Shown: one piece after another, positions 33,338 to 45,002 of the stretch
How the letters are laid out: every line of letters starts with the position of its first letter
Numbering within the stretch: the stretch's first letter is position 1
Origin: Draconibacterium orientale
Lineage (GTDB): Bacteria; Bacteroidota; Bacteroidia; Bacteroidales; UBA1556
DNA: 64,000 bases
Assembly: GCA_020718275.1 (NCBI GenBank)
Contig: DYSI01000003.1
Coordinates: 15,681 to 79,680 of the forward strand
Reading direction: 5' to 3'
Notes under the pieces: model-generated
The model's database searches: none
Told to the model about the DNA's origin: nothing
What the model saw: the letters and a program-made list of their open reading frames with translations, nothing else
Program-made: the position numbers and the translations under genes

Positions 33338-33345
33338 AGGTTTAA

Positions 33346-34983
<1,638 letters not shown>

Positions 34984-35031
34984 TTAAGCGGTGCAAGTTA
35001 GTAATATTTTTAAAAGCACTTGCATTAAAAC

Positions 35032-35063
35032 AAAAAGAGAAGTCTATTTAGACCTCTCTTTTT
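35032..35063 (-). terminator. Terminator after rpoD
   Basis: AAAAAGAGAAGTCT-ATTT-AGACCTCTCTTTTT. Confidence 0.65.
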
Positions 35064-35098
35064 AAAACATTGAAAATCAATGTGCTAATACATTTGTA

Positions 35099-35965
35099 TT
35101 ATTGACCGAGATAAGCTTTTAGAAGCTTACTTCTTGAATTATGTTTCAGTCGGCGAATTGCTTTTTCTTTGATTTGTCTAACTCTTTCTCGGGTCAACCC
35201 AAATTTAATACCGATTTCATCAAGCGTGTGACTATGAGCATAGCCAATACCATAGTACATATTAATGACATCCCTTTCTTTGTCGCTTAAAGTGCTGAGT
35301 GAACGGGCTATTTCTTGACCTAGGGATTCTCTAATTAGATATTCATCGGTATCGGGTTCGTCACTATTAATCATAACATCCAACATGCTTGATGTTTCAC
35401 CTTCCATCAAGGGAGCGTCAACCGAAACGTGGCGGGAATGCATTTTCAATGCGGCCTTAACTTTGTAAAGCGGCAAATCAAGATATTCAGCAATCTCATT
35501 TGGAGAAGCTGGCCGACCAAGTTCTTGTTCTAGCTTAGCCGATACTTTCCCAATTTTGTTTAATGACCCAACTTGATTTAATGGAAGTCGCACGATTCGC
35601 GATTGTTCAGCTAAGGCTTGCAATATTGATTGACGAATCCACCAAACGGCGTAGGATATGAATTTAAAACCTCGGGTTTCGTCGAAACGCTTGGCAGCTT
35701 TTATTAAGCCTAAATTTCCTTCATTTATTAAATCAGGGAGCGTTAATCCTTGGTTTTGATATTGTTTTGCAACGGATACTACAAATCGTAAATTGGCTTT
35801 GGTTAATTTATCCAAAGCGCGTTGGTCACCTTGCCGAATAAGTTGTGCAAGTCGAACTTCTTCTTCCGCCGTTATTAAATCTTCTCGACCAATATCTTGT
35901 AAATACTTGTCAAGGGAGGCGGTTTGACGGTTGGTAATTGACTTGGTTATTTTTAACTGTCTCAT
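35099..35965 (-). CDS. rpoD: RpoD/SigA-family sigma factor (short Bacteroidota primary-type)
   Basis: [13 protein letters not shown] start, [33 protein letters not shown]; lacks region 1.1. Confidence 0.9.
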   Translation of the reverse strand: MRQLKITKSITNRQTASLDKYLQDIGREDLITAEEEVRLAQLIRQGDQRALDKLTKANLRFVVSVAKQYQNQGLTLPDLINEGNLGLIKAAKRFDETRGFKFISYAVWWIRQSILQALAEQSRIVRLPLNQVGSLNKIGKVSAKLEQELGRPASPNEIAEYLDLPLYKVKAALKMHSRHVSVDAPLMEGETSSMLDVMINSDEPDTDEYLIRESLGQEIARSLSTLSDKERDVINMYYGIGYAHSHTLDEIGIKFGLTRERVRQIKEKAIRRLKHNSRSKLLKAYLGQ

Positions 35966-36090
35966 AATTGGATTACCATTTTTCGTAAAATGAATTTTAA
36001 CACTATACTTGAACCTACAAAAATAGGAAAAGCAATTGCAATTTCCTAATTAAACTTACGTATTTTGTACTCGGGTTTCATCTTTTCTTC

Positions 36091-37554
36091 TTAAAGGCCT
36101 ATGCCATAGTATGCTCTGACTCCATTTGGATAGATTCCTTCAATTAATACCCCGCCGGTCTTCGACTCCAGTGCATCGATGATATCTTTTTCGGTGTGAA
36201 TAATGGTTGAGCCAATTTTCAAAATGATAAAACCTTGTCGGATTCCTGCCGTTTTTAGAACGCCATTATCGATACTCACGATTTGCTGACCGAAATCAAT
36301 GCCCAAACTATTTTGTATACTTACAGGGACATCTTGAAAAGAGGCGCCAATTTTAGCAACCGCTGGTTTGTTTTCTATTTGTTCGAGCTTGGTATTTCCA
36401 AACCTGTTCGTAAGGACTAAAGTGTATTCTTTTTCTTTTTTATTTTGAACTACTTGCATCGATACTTTATCGCCAGGTCTATGTGCGCCGATTCGCTCTA
36501 ATAACTCTGAAGTACTATTTACTGGAAATCCATTGACACTGAGAATAACTGCGCCATTTTCAATACCTGCTTCGTCGGCTGATCCGTCTTCGGTAACGCT
36601 TTCAACATACACCCCTTTGATGGAATCAAGTTGCATTGATTTGGCTTTTTTATCGTCTACTTCCTTTATGGTGACGCCAATATAGGCTCTTTGTACGATG
36701 CCAAATTCTTTTAAATCGGTAACAACTTTTTTGACAATCCCAACTGGAATTGCAAAGCTATAGCCAATATAGCTTCCTGTTCGTGAGGCAATGGCTGCAT
36801 TTATACCCACTAATTCTCCATCGATATCTACTAAAGCACCGCCTGAGTTTCCAGGATTTACCACCGCATCGGTTTGTAAGAATGATTCGATTGCTGAGTT
36901 GGATCCTAAAATATTGATATTCCTTGCTTTAGCACTGATAATTCCAGCAGTAACTGTTGATGTTAAATTAAATGGGTTACCAACTGCGAGAACCCAATCT
37001 CCAACTTGTATTTCGTCTGAGTTGCCAAAGGTTACAAATTGTAGATTTTCTGCCTCTATTTTTAGCAAAGCTAAATCTGTTGATGGATCTGTTCCAATTA
37101 GTTTTGCGGTATATGTTCTTTTATCGTTCAAAGTGATGCTTATCTTGTCAGCTTCTTGTACGACATGATTATTGGTCACAATGTATCCATCCGAAGAGAT
37201 AATTACTCCTGATCCTGAGGCTTTTAGTAAGGATGGGTTTCGCCTTCCAAAAAAATCATCAAGACTGAAATAATCATCGTAAACACTGCTCTTGCTCGTA
37301 AATTCTGTTTGAATATACACTACCGCATGAACTGTTTTTTTTGCCGCTTCTTTAAAATTTGGTAAATTAAGCGCTCCATTGTTACTGACGTTTTGATAAT
37401 TAACTCCTTGATTGAATGCATCATCATCCAAACGGCCGTTTGTTTCTTTGAAACTTCCTATTCCATTATCAAAGAATCCAATGGCTTGTTGACCTCCTAA
37501 TACGATCATTCCTCCCAACATCGCAATCGCGAATACTTTAATAAACTCTCTCAT
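36091..37554 (-). CDS. Do/DegP/HtrA serine protease with PDZ domains
   Basis: GSGVII, TNNHVV, DLALLK, QTDAVVNPGNSGG, two PDZ-like domains. Confidence 0.95.
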   Translation of the reverse strand: MREFIKVFAIAMLGGMIVLGGQQAIGFFDNGIGSFKETNGRLDDDAFNQGVNYQNVSNNGALNLPNFKEAAKKTVHAVVYIQTEFTSKSSVYDDYFSLDDFFGRRNPSLLKASGSGVIISSDGYIVTNNHVVQEADKISITLNDKRTYTAKLIGTDPSTDLALLKIEAENLQFVTFGNSDEIQVGDWVLAVGNPFNLTSTVTAGIISAKARNINILGSNSAIESFLQTDAVVNPGNSGGALVDIDGELVGINAAIASRTGSYIGYSFAIPVGIVKKVVTDLKEFGIVQRAYIGVTIKEVDDKKAKSMQLDSIKGVYVESVTEDGSADEAGIENGAVILSVNGFPVNSTSELLERIGAHRPGDKVSMQVVQNKKEKEYTLVLTNRFGNTKLEQIENKPAVAKIGASFQDVPVSIQNSLGIDFGQQIVSIDNGVLKTAGIRQGFIILKIGSTIIHTEKDIIDALESKTGGVLIEGIYPNGVRAYYGIGL

Positions 37555-38329
37555 CTTGTTAGCTTTAATTTTTAATTGGTTAAATATTATAATGCTTAAT
37601 CATGTTTCGTATGCCTAAAAAAGGATATTCGTTGGTCCTTGGATTTGAATTAAGCCGTTTTAATTGTATCCAAGCGTTTATAGATGCCTTTATTAAACTT
37701 AAAGATTGTAACTATTAACTCAAATTCGACCACAAAATTATTAACATATTACTTTAATAAAAGTTAAAGCGTGTTAATGCTTTTTTACGTTTATCTTCAA
37801 TTTATTGTCAATGAAATTTTCAGAAAGTCAAGATCATTATCTTGCACAGAATTCTTTACTTTCTTATTGAATGTCAATTCGATAGCAAAATGTGTTGATT
37901 TTAGATGTTTAGCTAGGAATCACCAGCTTCAGTTATGAAAGAGTGCTGTATTGCATTGTTTTTTTTGTTCAAAATGGTTAATCAATAATCAGTAGACCGT
38001 CTAATCTGCAATATTATTTATTCTTGCCAGCTAGAATTACTGTTGTTTTTCGTATTAAACCCTTGCACTATTATTTTGAATGTAGGTCCTATCAATAGAG
38101 TAGATAACAACTTATTAAGCACATCGCTATTATGTAAGTTGTTAATAAACATGTTTTTAAGCTTGTTTTATTGATTCATATTAATTTTTTATTCAGCGCT
38201 TGGAACAACCTTACTTTTTGATTTTAATTAAAATAAAAAAAATGTATCAAGTATGTATTGATGAATATAAAATATGCGTATCTTAGCAATCATTTTTGAG
38301 AGTAAAAAATATAACTAAAACTAAAACAA

Positions 38330-38719
38330 ATGGCAGATTTCAATTACAAACAGATTATTTACGCAGGAATGATTGCAATTGCAGGCGTAGATGGTGAGGT
38401 AGATAAAACGGAACGTAAGTGGGTAGATAAAGTTTTTGATCATGATTTTAATATGTCAACCAAAGAGAGAAATGAAGTGCTCGAAGTGTGGGCAAAAGAC
38501 AAAGAAACTTTTACAAATAAGGTGACTCATGAATTAGCTCAGTTTCCTTCATTCGATCAAAAAGAAGCTTATAAACGTATTTGTCATTTTATTCTTTTTA
38601 GAAATGAAGAATATAATAAAAGTACCAAAGCAAGACCAAAAGGTATTGATCCTGAAAAAGAACAGTTAAATCGTTATCGTGAACGTGCTGATGAAATGAG
38701 AAAAAAATTGCATTTTTAA
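38330..38719 (+). CDS. TerB-like small protein
   Basis: IAGVDGEVDKTE resembles the TerB AxADGxxxxxE motif. Confidence 0.6.
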   Translation: MADFNYKQIIYAGMIAIAGVDGEVDKTERKWVDKVFDHDFNMSTKERNEVLEVWAKDKETFTNKVTHELAQFPSFDQKEAYKRICHFILFRNEEYNKSTKARPKGIDPEKEQLNRYRERADEMRKKLHF

Positions 38720-38748
38720 TCAATTCTTCCCTCTAAGGAAATTTAATA

Positions 38749-38775
38749 GGCTACCCTTTCGGTAGCTTTTTTTTT
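38749..38775 (+). terminator. Intrinsic terminator
   Basis: GGCTACC-CTTTC-GGTAGCT followed by a T-run. Confidence 0.8.
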
Positions 38776-38973
38776 GCTTTAAACTAGGTTTATTCCTCCT
38801 CAATTTTCAAAATTTGATTTAAAATGCACCAGCTGAAATCACAGTAATTTTCTAGTCTTTCATAGCTACTTTGGAACTAATAATTATCAGCTTATTACTG
38901 CTTTATATTTTTTGCTACACGTTATAAAATCGCTAAATTTGTGAACTGAACAATTAACCTTTTATTACAATCT

Positions 38974-40131
38974 ATGTCACGTTATCATTCATTAGGACAG
39001 CTTCCATCCAAACGACATATTACCTTTTTTAAGGAGGATGGTAGTTTGTATTCCGAACAGCTTATTTCAACCGAGGGTTTCTCTGCTGAATATTCATTAA
39101 CCTATCATATTCATCGCCCAACCAGAGTTTTAGCAATAGATCCAGTCATAGATATTAGTCCAAAATTTGTTGATAATGAATTAATGATTAATCGAAGTTT
39201 TAAGGGTTTTAAAATTGATGCTTTTGATGATTATCTTGAAAGTAGACAACTTGTTCTTGGTAACGAGGACGTTTTAATTAGCCTAGCAGCTCCTCGACAA
39301 TCAATGAACACTTATTTTTTTAAAAATGCCCAAGCTGCTGAGATGATTTTCATTCATAAAGGTCAAGGCGTTTTGAAAACGATGTTTGGCGAAATCAATT
39401 TTAAATATGGCGACCATCTGATAATCCCAAAAAGTGTTATTTATCAACTTGATTTTGAAACAGAAGACAACAGACTTTTTATTGTGGAATCAAGTACAGC
39501 CTTTAAATTTCCTAAAAAATATCTTAACCAATCAGGCCAAATGATGGAGCATAGCCCAATTTACGAAAGAGATCTTCGGCTTCCCCAAAATCTGAAATCC
39601 CATGCTGAATTGGGAGATTATAAAGTAATTATCAAACGCGATAATCACTTATATCCTTATCATTATCAAGCACATCCGTTTGACGTGGTTGGTTGGGATG
39701 GTTATTTTTACCCTTACGCCTTCTCCATTTTCGATTTCGAGCCAATAACAGGACGTTTACATTTGCCTCCTCCAATTCATCAAACCTGGGAAACTGCCGC
39801 TTGTGTGCTTTGTGCTTTCGTACCGCGATTGTATGATTATCACCCCCAATCAATCCCAGCACCTTACAATCATGCAAATATTGATACCGACGAAGTGCTT
39901 TACTATGTAGATGGAGATTTCATGAGTCGTAACGACATTGAAAACGGTCAAATTTCCCTTCACCCAATGGGCGTGGTGCATGGACCTCATCCTGGAGCTG
40001 CCGAGCGGAGCGTCGGTAAAAAAGATACCCAAGAATTGGCCGTAATGGTTGATACTTTTAAACCTTTGAAATTAACCTTATCGGCTTTAGAAATTGAGAT
40101 TAGGGATTATTATAAATCATGGCTAGGATAA
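38974..40131 (+). CDS. hmgA: Homogentisate 1,2-dioxygenase
   Basis: HPFDVVGWDG, HLPPPIH, PYNHAN.D.DE, HGPHPG. Confidence 0.93.
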   Translation: MSRYHSLGQLPSKRHITFFKEDGSLYSEQLISTEGFSAEYSLTYHIHRPTRVLAIDPVIDISPKFVDNELMINRSFKGFKIDAFDDYLESRQLVLGNEDVLISLAAPRQSMNTYFFKNAQAAEMIFIHKGQGVLKTMFGEINFKYGDHLIIPKSVIYQLDFETEDNRLFIVESSTAFKFPKKYLNQSGQMMEHSPIYERDLRLPQNLKSHAELGDYKVIIKRDNHLYPYHYQAHPFDVVGWDGYFYPYAFSIFDFEPITGRLHLPPPIHQTWETAACVLCAFVPRLYDYHPQSIPAPYNHANIDTDEVLYYVDGDFMSRNDIENGQISLHPMGVVHGPHPGAAERSVGKKDTQELAVMVDTFKPLKLTLSALEIEIRDYYKSWLG

Positions 40132-40153
40132 TTTTACAAAATTTTACATAATA

Positions 40154-40295
40154 GGGATTCTAAAAATTAAATCTTTTGAGGTGGACAAGATTTTAAAACC
40201 GCAGTTTACTGGTGTAAATGCGATGCGCTGAGCCTGCCGATGTGAGGATTTTAAAATTGAAGTCCAACGAAGAAAAAGCAATTTTTAGAACTCCC
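40154..40295. repeat. ~140-bp palindromic MITE/REP-like intergenic element
   Basis: Ends GGGATTCTAAAAATT and AATTTTTAGAACTCCC; inner TGGAC/GTCCA and paired TTTTAAAA arms; central CTGAGCCTGCCGA. Confidence 0.6.
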
Positions 40296-40326
40296 GATAT
40301 AACAAAACCCTTAAAATAGCAATACA

Positions 40327-41424
40327 ATGACTAAGAACACTTGTTTACCTCTTAAAGGAACTGATTATGTTGAATTCTATGTTGGCAACGCAAAGCAAGC
40401 AGCACATTATTATCAATCAGCATTTGGCTTTCAGCCTGTGGCTTATGCAGGCTTGGAAACAGGTCTCAAAGATCGGACTTCGTATGTGCTGCGTCAAGAC
40501 AAGATCACCTTTGTACTCACTGCAGCGCTTCATCCAGATTCACCCATTGCCCAACATCACCTAAAACATGGGGATGGGGTAAAAGTAATCGCATTATGGG
40601 TTGATGATGCCGTTCAAGTGTATAATGAAGCAGTTGCTCGAGGGGCTACTTCTTATCAAGAGCCTCAAATACTGGAAGATAAAGACGGAAAAGTGGTGAG
40701 TGCTGGCGTTTATACTTACGGCGAAACCGTGCATTTATTCATCCAACGGTCGGAATATCATGGTGCATTTTTGCCTGGTTTTATCCCTTGGCAGCCTTCT
40801 TATCAACCTGCTAACACGGGCTTACTCTTTGTCGATCATATTGTTGGCAATGTGAACTGGAACGAAATGGATAAAGTGGCTGAATATTATCGCACTGTTT
40901 TTGGATTCGATCAATTAATTTCTTTCGATGATAAAGATATTTCCACTGAATACACTGCATTGAAATCTAAAGTGATGGCTAATGATAACTTTATGGTTAA
41001 GTTTCCTATCAATGAACCGGCACATGGCTTAAAAAAATCGCAAATTGAAGAATTTTTAGATTTCTATATTGGACCTGGATCTCAGCATGTAGCCATGGCT
41101 ACTGATAATATTGCCATTACCATTGCTCATCTTCGTGCTAATGGTGTTGAATTTCTTGATGTGCCTGATTCCTATTATGATACTGTGAAAATGCGTGTAG
41201 GAGAAATTGCTGAGGATATTGAATTAATGAAAAAGCTTCGGATTTTAATTGACCGTGATGACGAAGGTTATCTTCTACAATTGTTTACCAAACCAGTGCA
41301 AGATCGCCCAACTTTCTTCTTTGAAATAATTCAACGCAGAGGGGCTAAATCTTTTGGTAAAGGTAATTTTAAAGCTTTATTTGAAAGTATTGAATTAGAA
41401 CAATCAAAACGAGGTACCTTATAA
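40327..41424 (+). CDS. hppD: 4-hydroxyphenylpyruvate dioxygenase
   Basis: DHIVGNV, FPINEP, SQIEEF, QHVA, LLQLFTKP, FGKGNFKALF. Confidence 0.96.
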   Translation: MTKNTCLPLKGTDYVEFYVGNAKQAAHYYQSAFGFQPVAYAGLETGLKDRTSYVLRQDKITFVLTAALHPDSPIAQHHLKHGDGVKVIALWVDDAVQVYNEAVARGATSYQEPQILEDKDGKVVSAGVYTYGETVHLFIQRSEYHGAFLPGFIPWQPSYQPANTGLLFVDHIVGNVNWNEMDKVAEYYRTVFGFDQLISFDDKDISTEYTALKSKVMANDNFMVKFPINEPAHGLKKSQIEEFLDFYIGPGSQHVAMATDNIAITIAHLRANGVEFLDVPDSYYDTVKMRVGEIAEDIELMKKLRILIDRDDEGYLLQLFTKPVQDRPTFFFEIIQRRGAKSFGKGNFKALFESIELEQSKRGTL

Positions 41425-41436
41425 ACTTAATAGAAG

Positions 41437-42711
41437 ATGAAAGATTTAAGCATTAAAAGTTGGGTAGATTATCCGGTTAATACGGATTTTCCAATTCAAA
41501 ATATTCCCTTCGGAACTTTTAGAACCAATATTGGGGAGGACGTTCGGGCTGGCAGTCGTATTGGCGACTGGATAATTGATTTATCTGAAATGGCAAGTTT
41601 GGGCTATTTTGATGCCCTAGAAGGTGATATTTCTGTATTCTTCGAATCCACCCTTAATAGTTTTATTGCTCAAGGCAAGGAATTTACGCAGGCTGTAAGG
41701 TTTCGTATTATCGAAGTATTTAGCATCGAAAATCACGATTTGCAATATAATGCTGACCATAAAAGCCGCATATTATTTAGTCTTGAAGAAGTGCAAATGA
41801 TGATGCCAATTGATATTGGTGACTATACCGATTTCTATTCAAGTATTGAACATGCTACTAATGTGGGTAAAATGTTTCGAGATGCTAATAATGCGCTTTT
41901 ACCAAATTGGAAACACCTTCCAGTAGCTTATCACGGTAGAAGTTCGTCAATTGTGGTAAGTGGAACGCCAATTCATCGACCGGTAGGACAAATTCGGCCA
42001 GATGATGCTTTACCACCGATTTTGGCTCCAACTCGTCTGATGGATTTTGAACTAGAAATGGCTTTTATTATTGGTAAAAAAACGGCTCTAGGAAAGCATA
42101 TTCGAGTGGATGATGCCGAAGATTATATTTTTGGAATGTTGATATTCAATGATTTATCGGCTCGTGATATACAAAGGTGGGAGTATGTTCCGCTCGGTCC
42201 TTTTTTGTCGAAGAATTTTGGCTCCATTGTGTCTCCTTGGATTGTTACCCTTGAAGCTCTTGCGCCATTTAGAGTGGAAGGACCTAAACAAGAGGCTCCC
42301 ATTTTGCCTTATTTGCAATCTAGCGGAAATAGAAATTTTGATATCAATTTGGAAGTTTATCTTGAGTCCGAAGGTCAGAAGCAAACCAAAATTAGCCAAT
42401 CTAATCACAGATATTTATATTGGAACATGGCTCAACAATTAGCGCATCACACCATCAATGGATGTAATATCAATGTTGGTGATTTGTATGCCTCGGGTAC
42501 CATTAGCGGACCCAGCGAAGATTCATTTGGTTCTATGCTGGAATTAAGTTGGGGTGGCAAAAAACCAATTATTTTGGATAATGGCGATGAACGTTGTTTC
42601 ATTTTAGATAATGATACTATTGTAATTAAAGCTTTTGCCCAGAATGCTGAATTAAGAATTGGTTTCGGAGAATGTATAACCAAAATTTTACCTGCAATTT
42701 ATGAAATATAA
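41437..42711 (+). CDS. fahA: Fumarylacetoacetase
   Basis: DFPIQNIPFG, DYTDFYSS, YHGRSSS, DFELEM, NDLSARDIQ.WEY.PLGPF. Confidence 0.96.
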   Translation: MKDLSIKSWVDYPVNTDFPIQNIPFGTFRTNIGEDVRAGSRIGDWIIDLSEMASLGYFDALEGDISVFFESTLNSFIAQGKEFTQAVRFRIIEVFSIENHDLQYNADHKSRILFSLEEVQMMMPIDIGDYTDFYSSIEHATNVGKMFRDANNALLPNWKHLPVAYHGRSSSIVVSGTPIHRPVGQIRPDDALPPILAPTRLMDFELEMAFIIGKKTALGKHIRVDDAEDYIFGMLIFNDLSARDIQRWEYVPLGPFLSKNFGSIVSPWIVTLEALAPFRVEGPKQEAPILPYLQSSGNRNFDINLEVYLESEGQKQTKISQSNHRYLYWNMAQQLAHHTINGCNINVGDLYASGTISGPSEDSFGSMLELSWGGKKPIILDNGDERCFILDNDTIVIKAFAQNAELRIGFGECITKILPAIYEI

Positions 42712-43564
42712 ACATATTGATACTAGTAATGTTGATGCTAAAGTAATCCAATCGATCTTTTCCTCAGCTATAGCCCCACGGCCTATTGCCTTTGCTAGTA
42801 CGATTGACTCGCAAGGCAATGCTAATTTATCTCCTTTCAGTTATTTTAATGCTTTTGGCGCAAATCCTCCTATCCTTATTTTTTCGCCGGCTCGCAGAGG
42901 AAGAGATAATACCACTAAACATACTTTCGATAATATCAATGAGGTTCCAGAGGTGGTTATTAATGTGGTCGATTTTTCTATGGTAGAGCAGATGAATTTG
43001 AGCAGTGGCGAATATGCTAAAGGGGTTGATGAGTTTGCAAAAGCTGGCTTTACCACAATTGCTTCGGAGACTATTCGTCCTTTTAGAGTTAAAGAATCGC
43101 CAGTTCAATTTGAATGTGTTGTGAAACAAGTAATCGAAACGGGTACTCAAGGAGGCGCTGGAAATCTGGTAATTTGTCATGTCACTAGAATTCATATCAA
43201 AGAAAGTGTATTAGATATGCAGGGTAATATCGATTCATCACTAATCGATTTGGTCGGCAGGATGGGCGGTGAAGAATATGTTCGTACAAATCAAGCGCTT
43301 TTTACGCTTCCTAAACCTACCCATGCTTTGGGAATTGGCATAGATTCTTTACCTTCTTTTATCACGGATTCCGACTTGTTTACTGGCCGTCAATTGGCTC
43401 GACTTGGTAGTGTTGATCGTTTGCCAAATCAGGTAGATGTTGAATTGTTCACGAAAGTAAATGGGAAAATAATGGAAATCTCAAGAATCAATCTAGTGAA
43501 AATATACATTGAAATGAATAGACCCTGGGATGCGCTTTGTTTACTTTTATCCAAAAAGGATTAA
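42701..43564 (+). CDS. Flavin reductase-like (DUF447/flavoredoxin) protein
   Basis: PRPIAFAST...NLSPFSYFN, RVKESPVQFEC, VGRMGG; overlaps the fahA stop. Confidence 0.88.
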   Translation: MKYKHIDTSNVDAKVIQSIFSSAIAPRPIAFASTIDSQGNANLSPFSYFNAFGANPPILIFSPARRGRDNTTKHTFDNINEVPEVVINVVDFSMVEQMNLSSGEYAKGVDEFAKAGFTTIASETIRPFRVKESPVQFECVVKQVIETGTQGGAGNLVICHVTRIHIKESVLDMQGNIDSSLIDLVGRMGGEEYVRTNQALFTLPKPTHALGIGIDSLPSFITDSDLFTGRQLARLGSVDRLPNQVDVELFTKVNGKIMEISRINLVKIYIEMNRPWDALCLLLSKKD

Positions 43565-43577
43565 AATATTCGTTTTG

Positions 43578-44882
43578 TTAGTGTTTGATAATGTTGGTTA
43601 ACTTTTGTTTAATTGTTTCTATATCAATTAATAAAAGTAAACTTAATTCATAAAAAATAAGGGCTGGGGTACGGTAGCGCGATAGGGCTCCTAAAACAGG
43701 AGTCACCAATCCGATTAAGATAAAATAGCTAAGTGCGAAACTCAAACCAAAATAAAGGAGATTTGCTTGTTCGATTTGCTTTTTTGGGTAAGCTATTACT
43801 AGAATTAGACTCAGGAATAGTAGAAAATTTTCAGCGGCAGCCAAATACATCAACAGATTATTGCTTTCCCAAAACATGGGTTTAAACAAACTATTGATTA
43901 AGGCTATTGGCGAATTAAGGGCAATAGAAGTGGAATTTGCCTCGAATAGTATTGGGGATATTTCACTATTAACTTCTTCATTATTAGTTAGATTAATAAA
44001 TTCCACCTGTTTATCTATCATCAGATCGAAGAACCCTTTAGGTAAATACTGATGTGATTCTGAGGCAAAGCTAAACGATACAAAAATTAAGATGAAGTAA
44101 GGAATTAGTTTGCGCTGTTTGCTGTAAAAGTGATTCCAACTATAGGCTATTAGCGGAGGAACAATTAGCAAAAACACAAACGCTTTTAGATAGAATATGG
44201 CAAGCAAAGATAATAGTCCAATGATACTTCTTAAAATAGGCTTATGTCCTTTTAAGGCTTGACTTCCACAATTAAGCACTAAACCGATAAAGAAAAAAAG
44301 AAAGCTTTCCTTCAATAATCCAGATGACCAAAAGGCAATGGAAGGAGTGAAGAATACCAAGATAAAAATTATTTTTTTATACGGCTTTATTGCATTTCCA
44401 TAGAGTTTGTATATCCACCACAAGCCTGTGAATGACATAAATACAATCAATACTAACATGCCACTATAGCTACCGTTGGTTAGCAGACTAAGTAAAGACA
44501 GTAGGCTGATAAACAAGGTGTTGTTGGTAGTAAGTATGGAGTTTGGCTTTTCCCAATTATTCATCGAATGATAGTACGGATAGTCCTGATAACTTTCTTT
44601 ATCAATTCCCAAAATAACTTTGAAGTATAGATTTGGTTCATGCAAAAGACACTGCCTCAATTGGTTGGAATCTTCATAAAACCGAAATATATCCGCTTTG
44701 GTCTTCGATTGTTCGGTCTGTGTATAATGGAAAACCATCCAGGAGGCTAAAATGAGTTTGAAAATCCAAGCAGCAAGCATCCAGTGCTGCGAAATCCCTA
44801 CCAAACGATACATTTTGACTCGGTAAATCACCAAAATCGAAAGTGCAATCAATAAAATTGTTATAAGGATGTTGAGTATCAT
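43578..44882 (-). CDS. Polytopic membrane protein (GT-C/Wzy-like fold suspected)
   Basis: About 10-11 TM segments, acidic ADIFRFYED in the first loop, WSSGLLKES, GALSRYR. Confidence 0.55.
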   Translation of the reverse strand: MILNILITILLIALSILVIYRVKMYRLVGISQHWMLAAWIFKLILASWMVFHYTQTEQSKTKADIFRFYEDSNQLRQCLLHEPNLYFKVILGIDKESYQDYPYYHSMNNWEKPNSILTTNNTLFISLLSLLSLLTNGSYSGMLVLIVFMSFTGLWWIYKLYGNAIKPYKKIIFILVFFTPSIAFWSSGLLKESFLFFFIGLVLNCGSQALKGHKPILRSIIGLLSLLAIFYLKAFVFLLIVPPLIAYSWNHFYSKQRKLIPYFILIFVSFSFASESHQYLPKGFFDLMIDKQVEFINLTNNEEVNSEISPILFEANSTSIALNSPIALINSLFKPMFWESNNLLMYLAAAENFLLFLSLILVIAYPKKQIEQANLLYFGLSFALSYFILIGLVTPVLGALSRYRTPALIFYELSLLLLIDIETIKQKLTNIIKH

Positions 44883-45002
44883 AATCTAGTTTAGAATTTG
44901 AACAAAGGAGAATAGGTAAACAATATGCATCATCTACCTATTTCTCCATAGCCTGCTTATAAAATATACGGTGGTGAAAGTCCTCTCAGACTCACAATTT
45001 GT

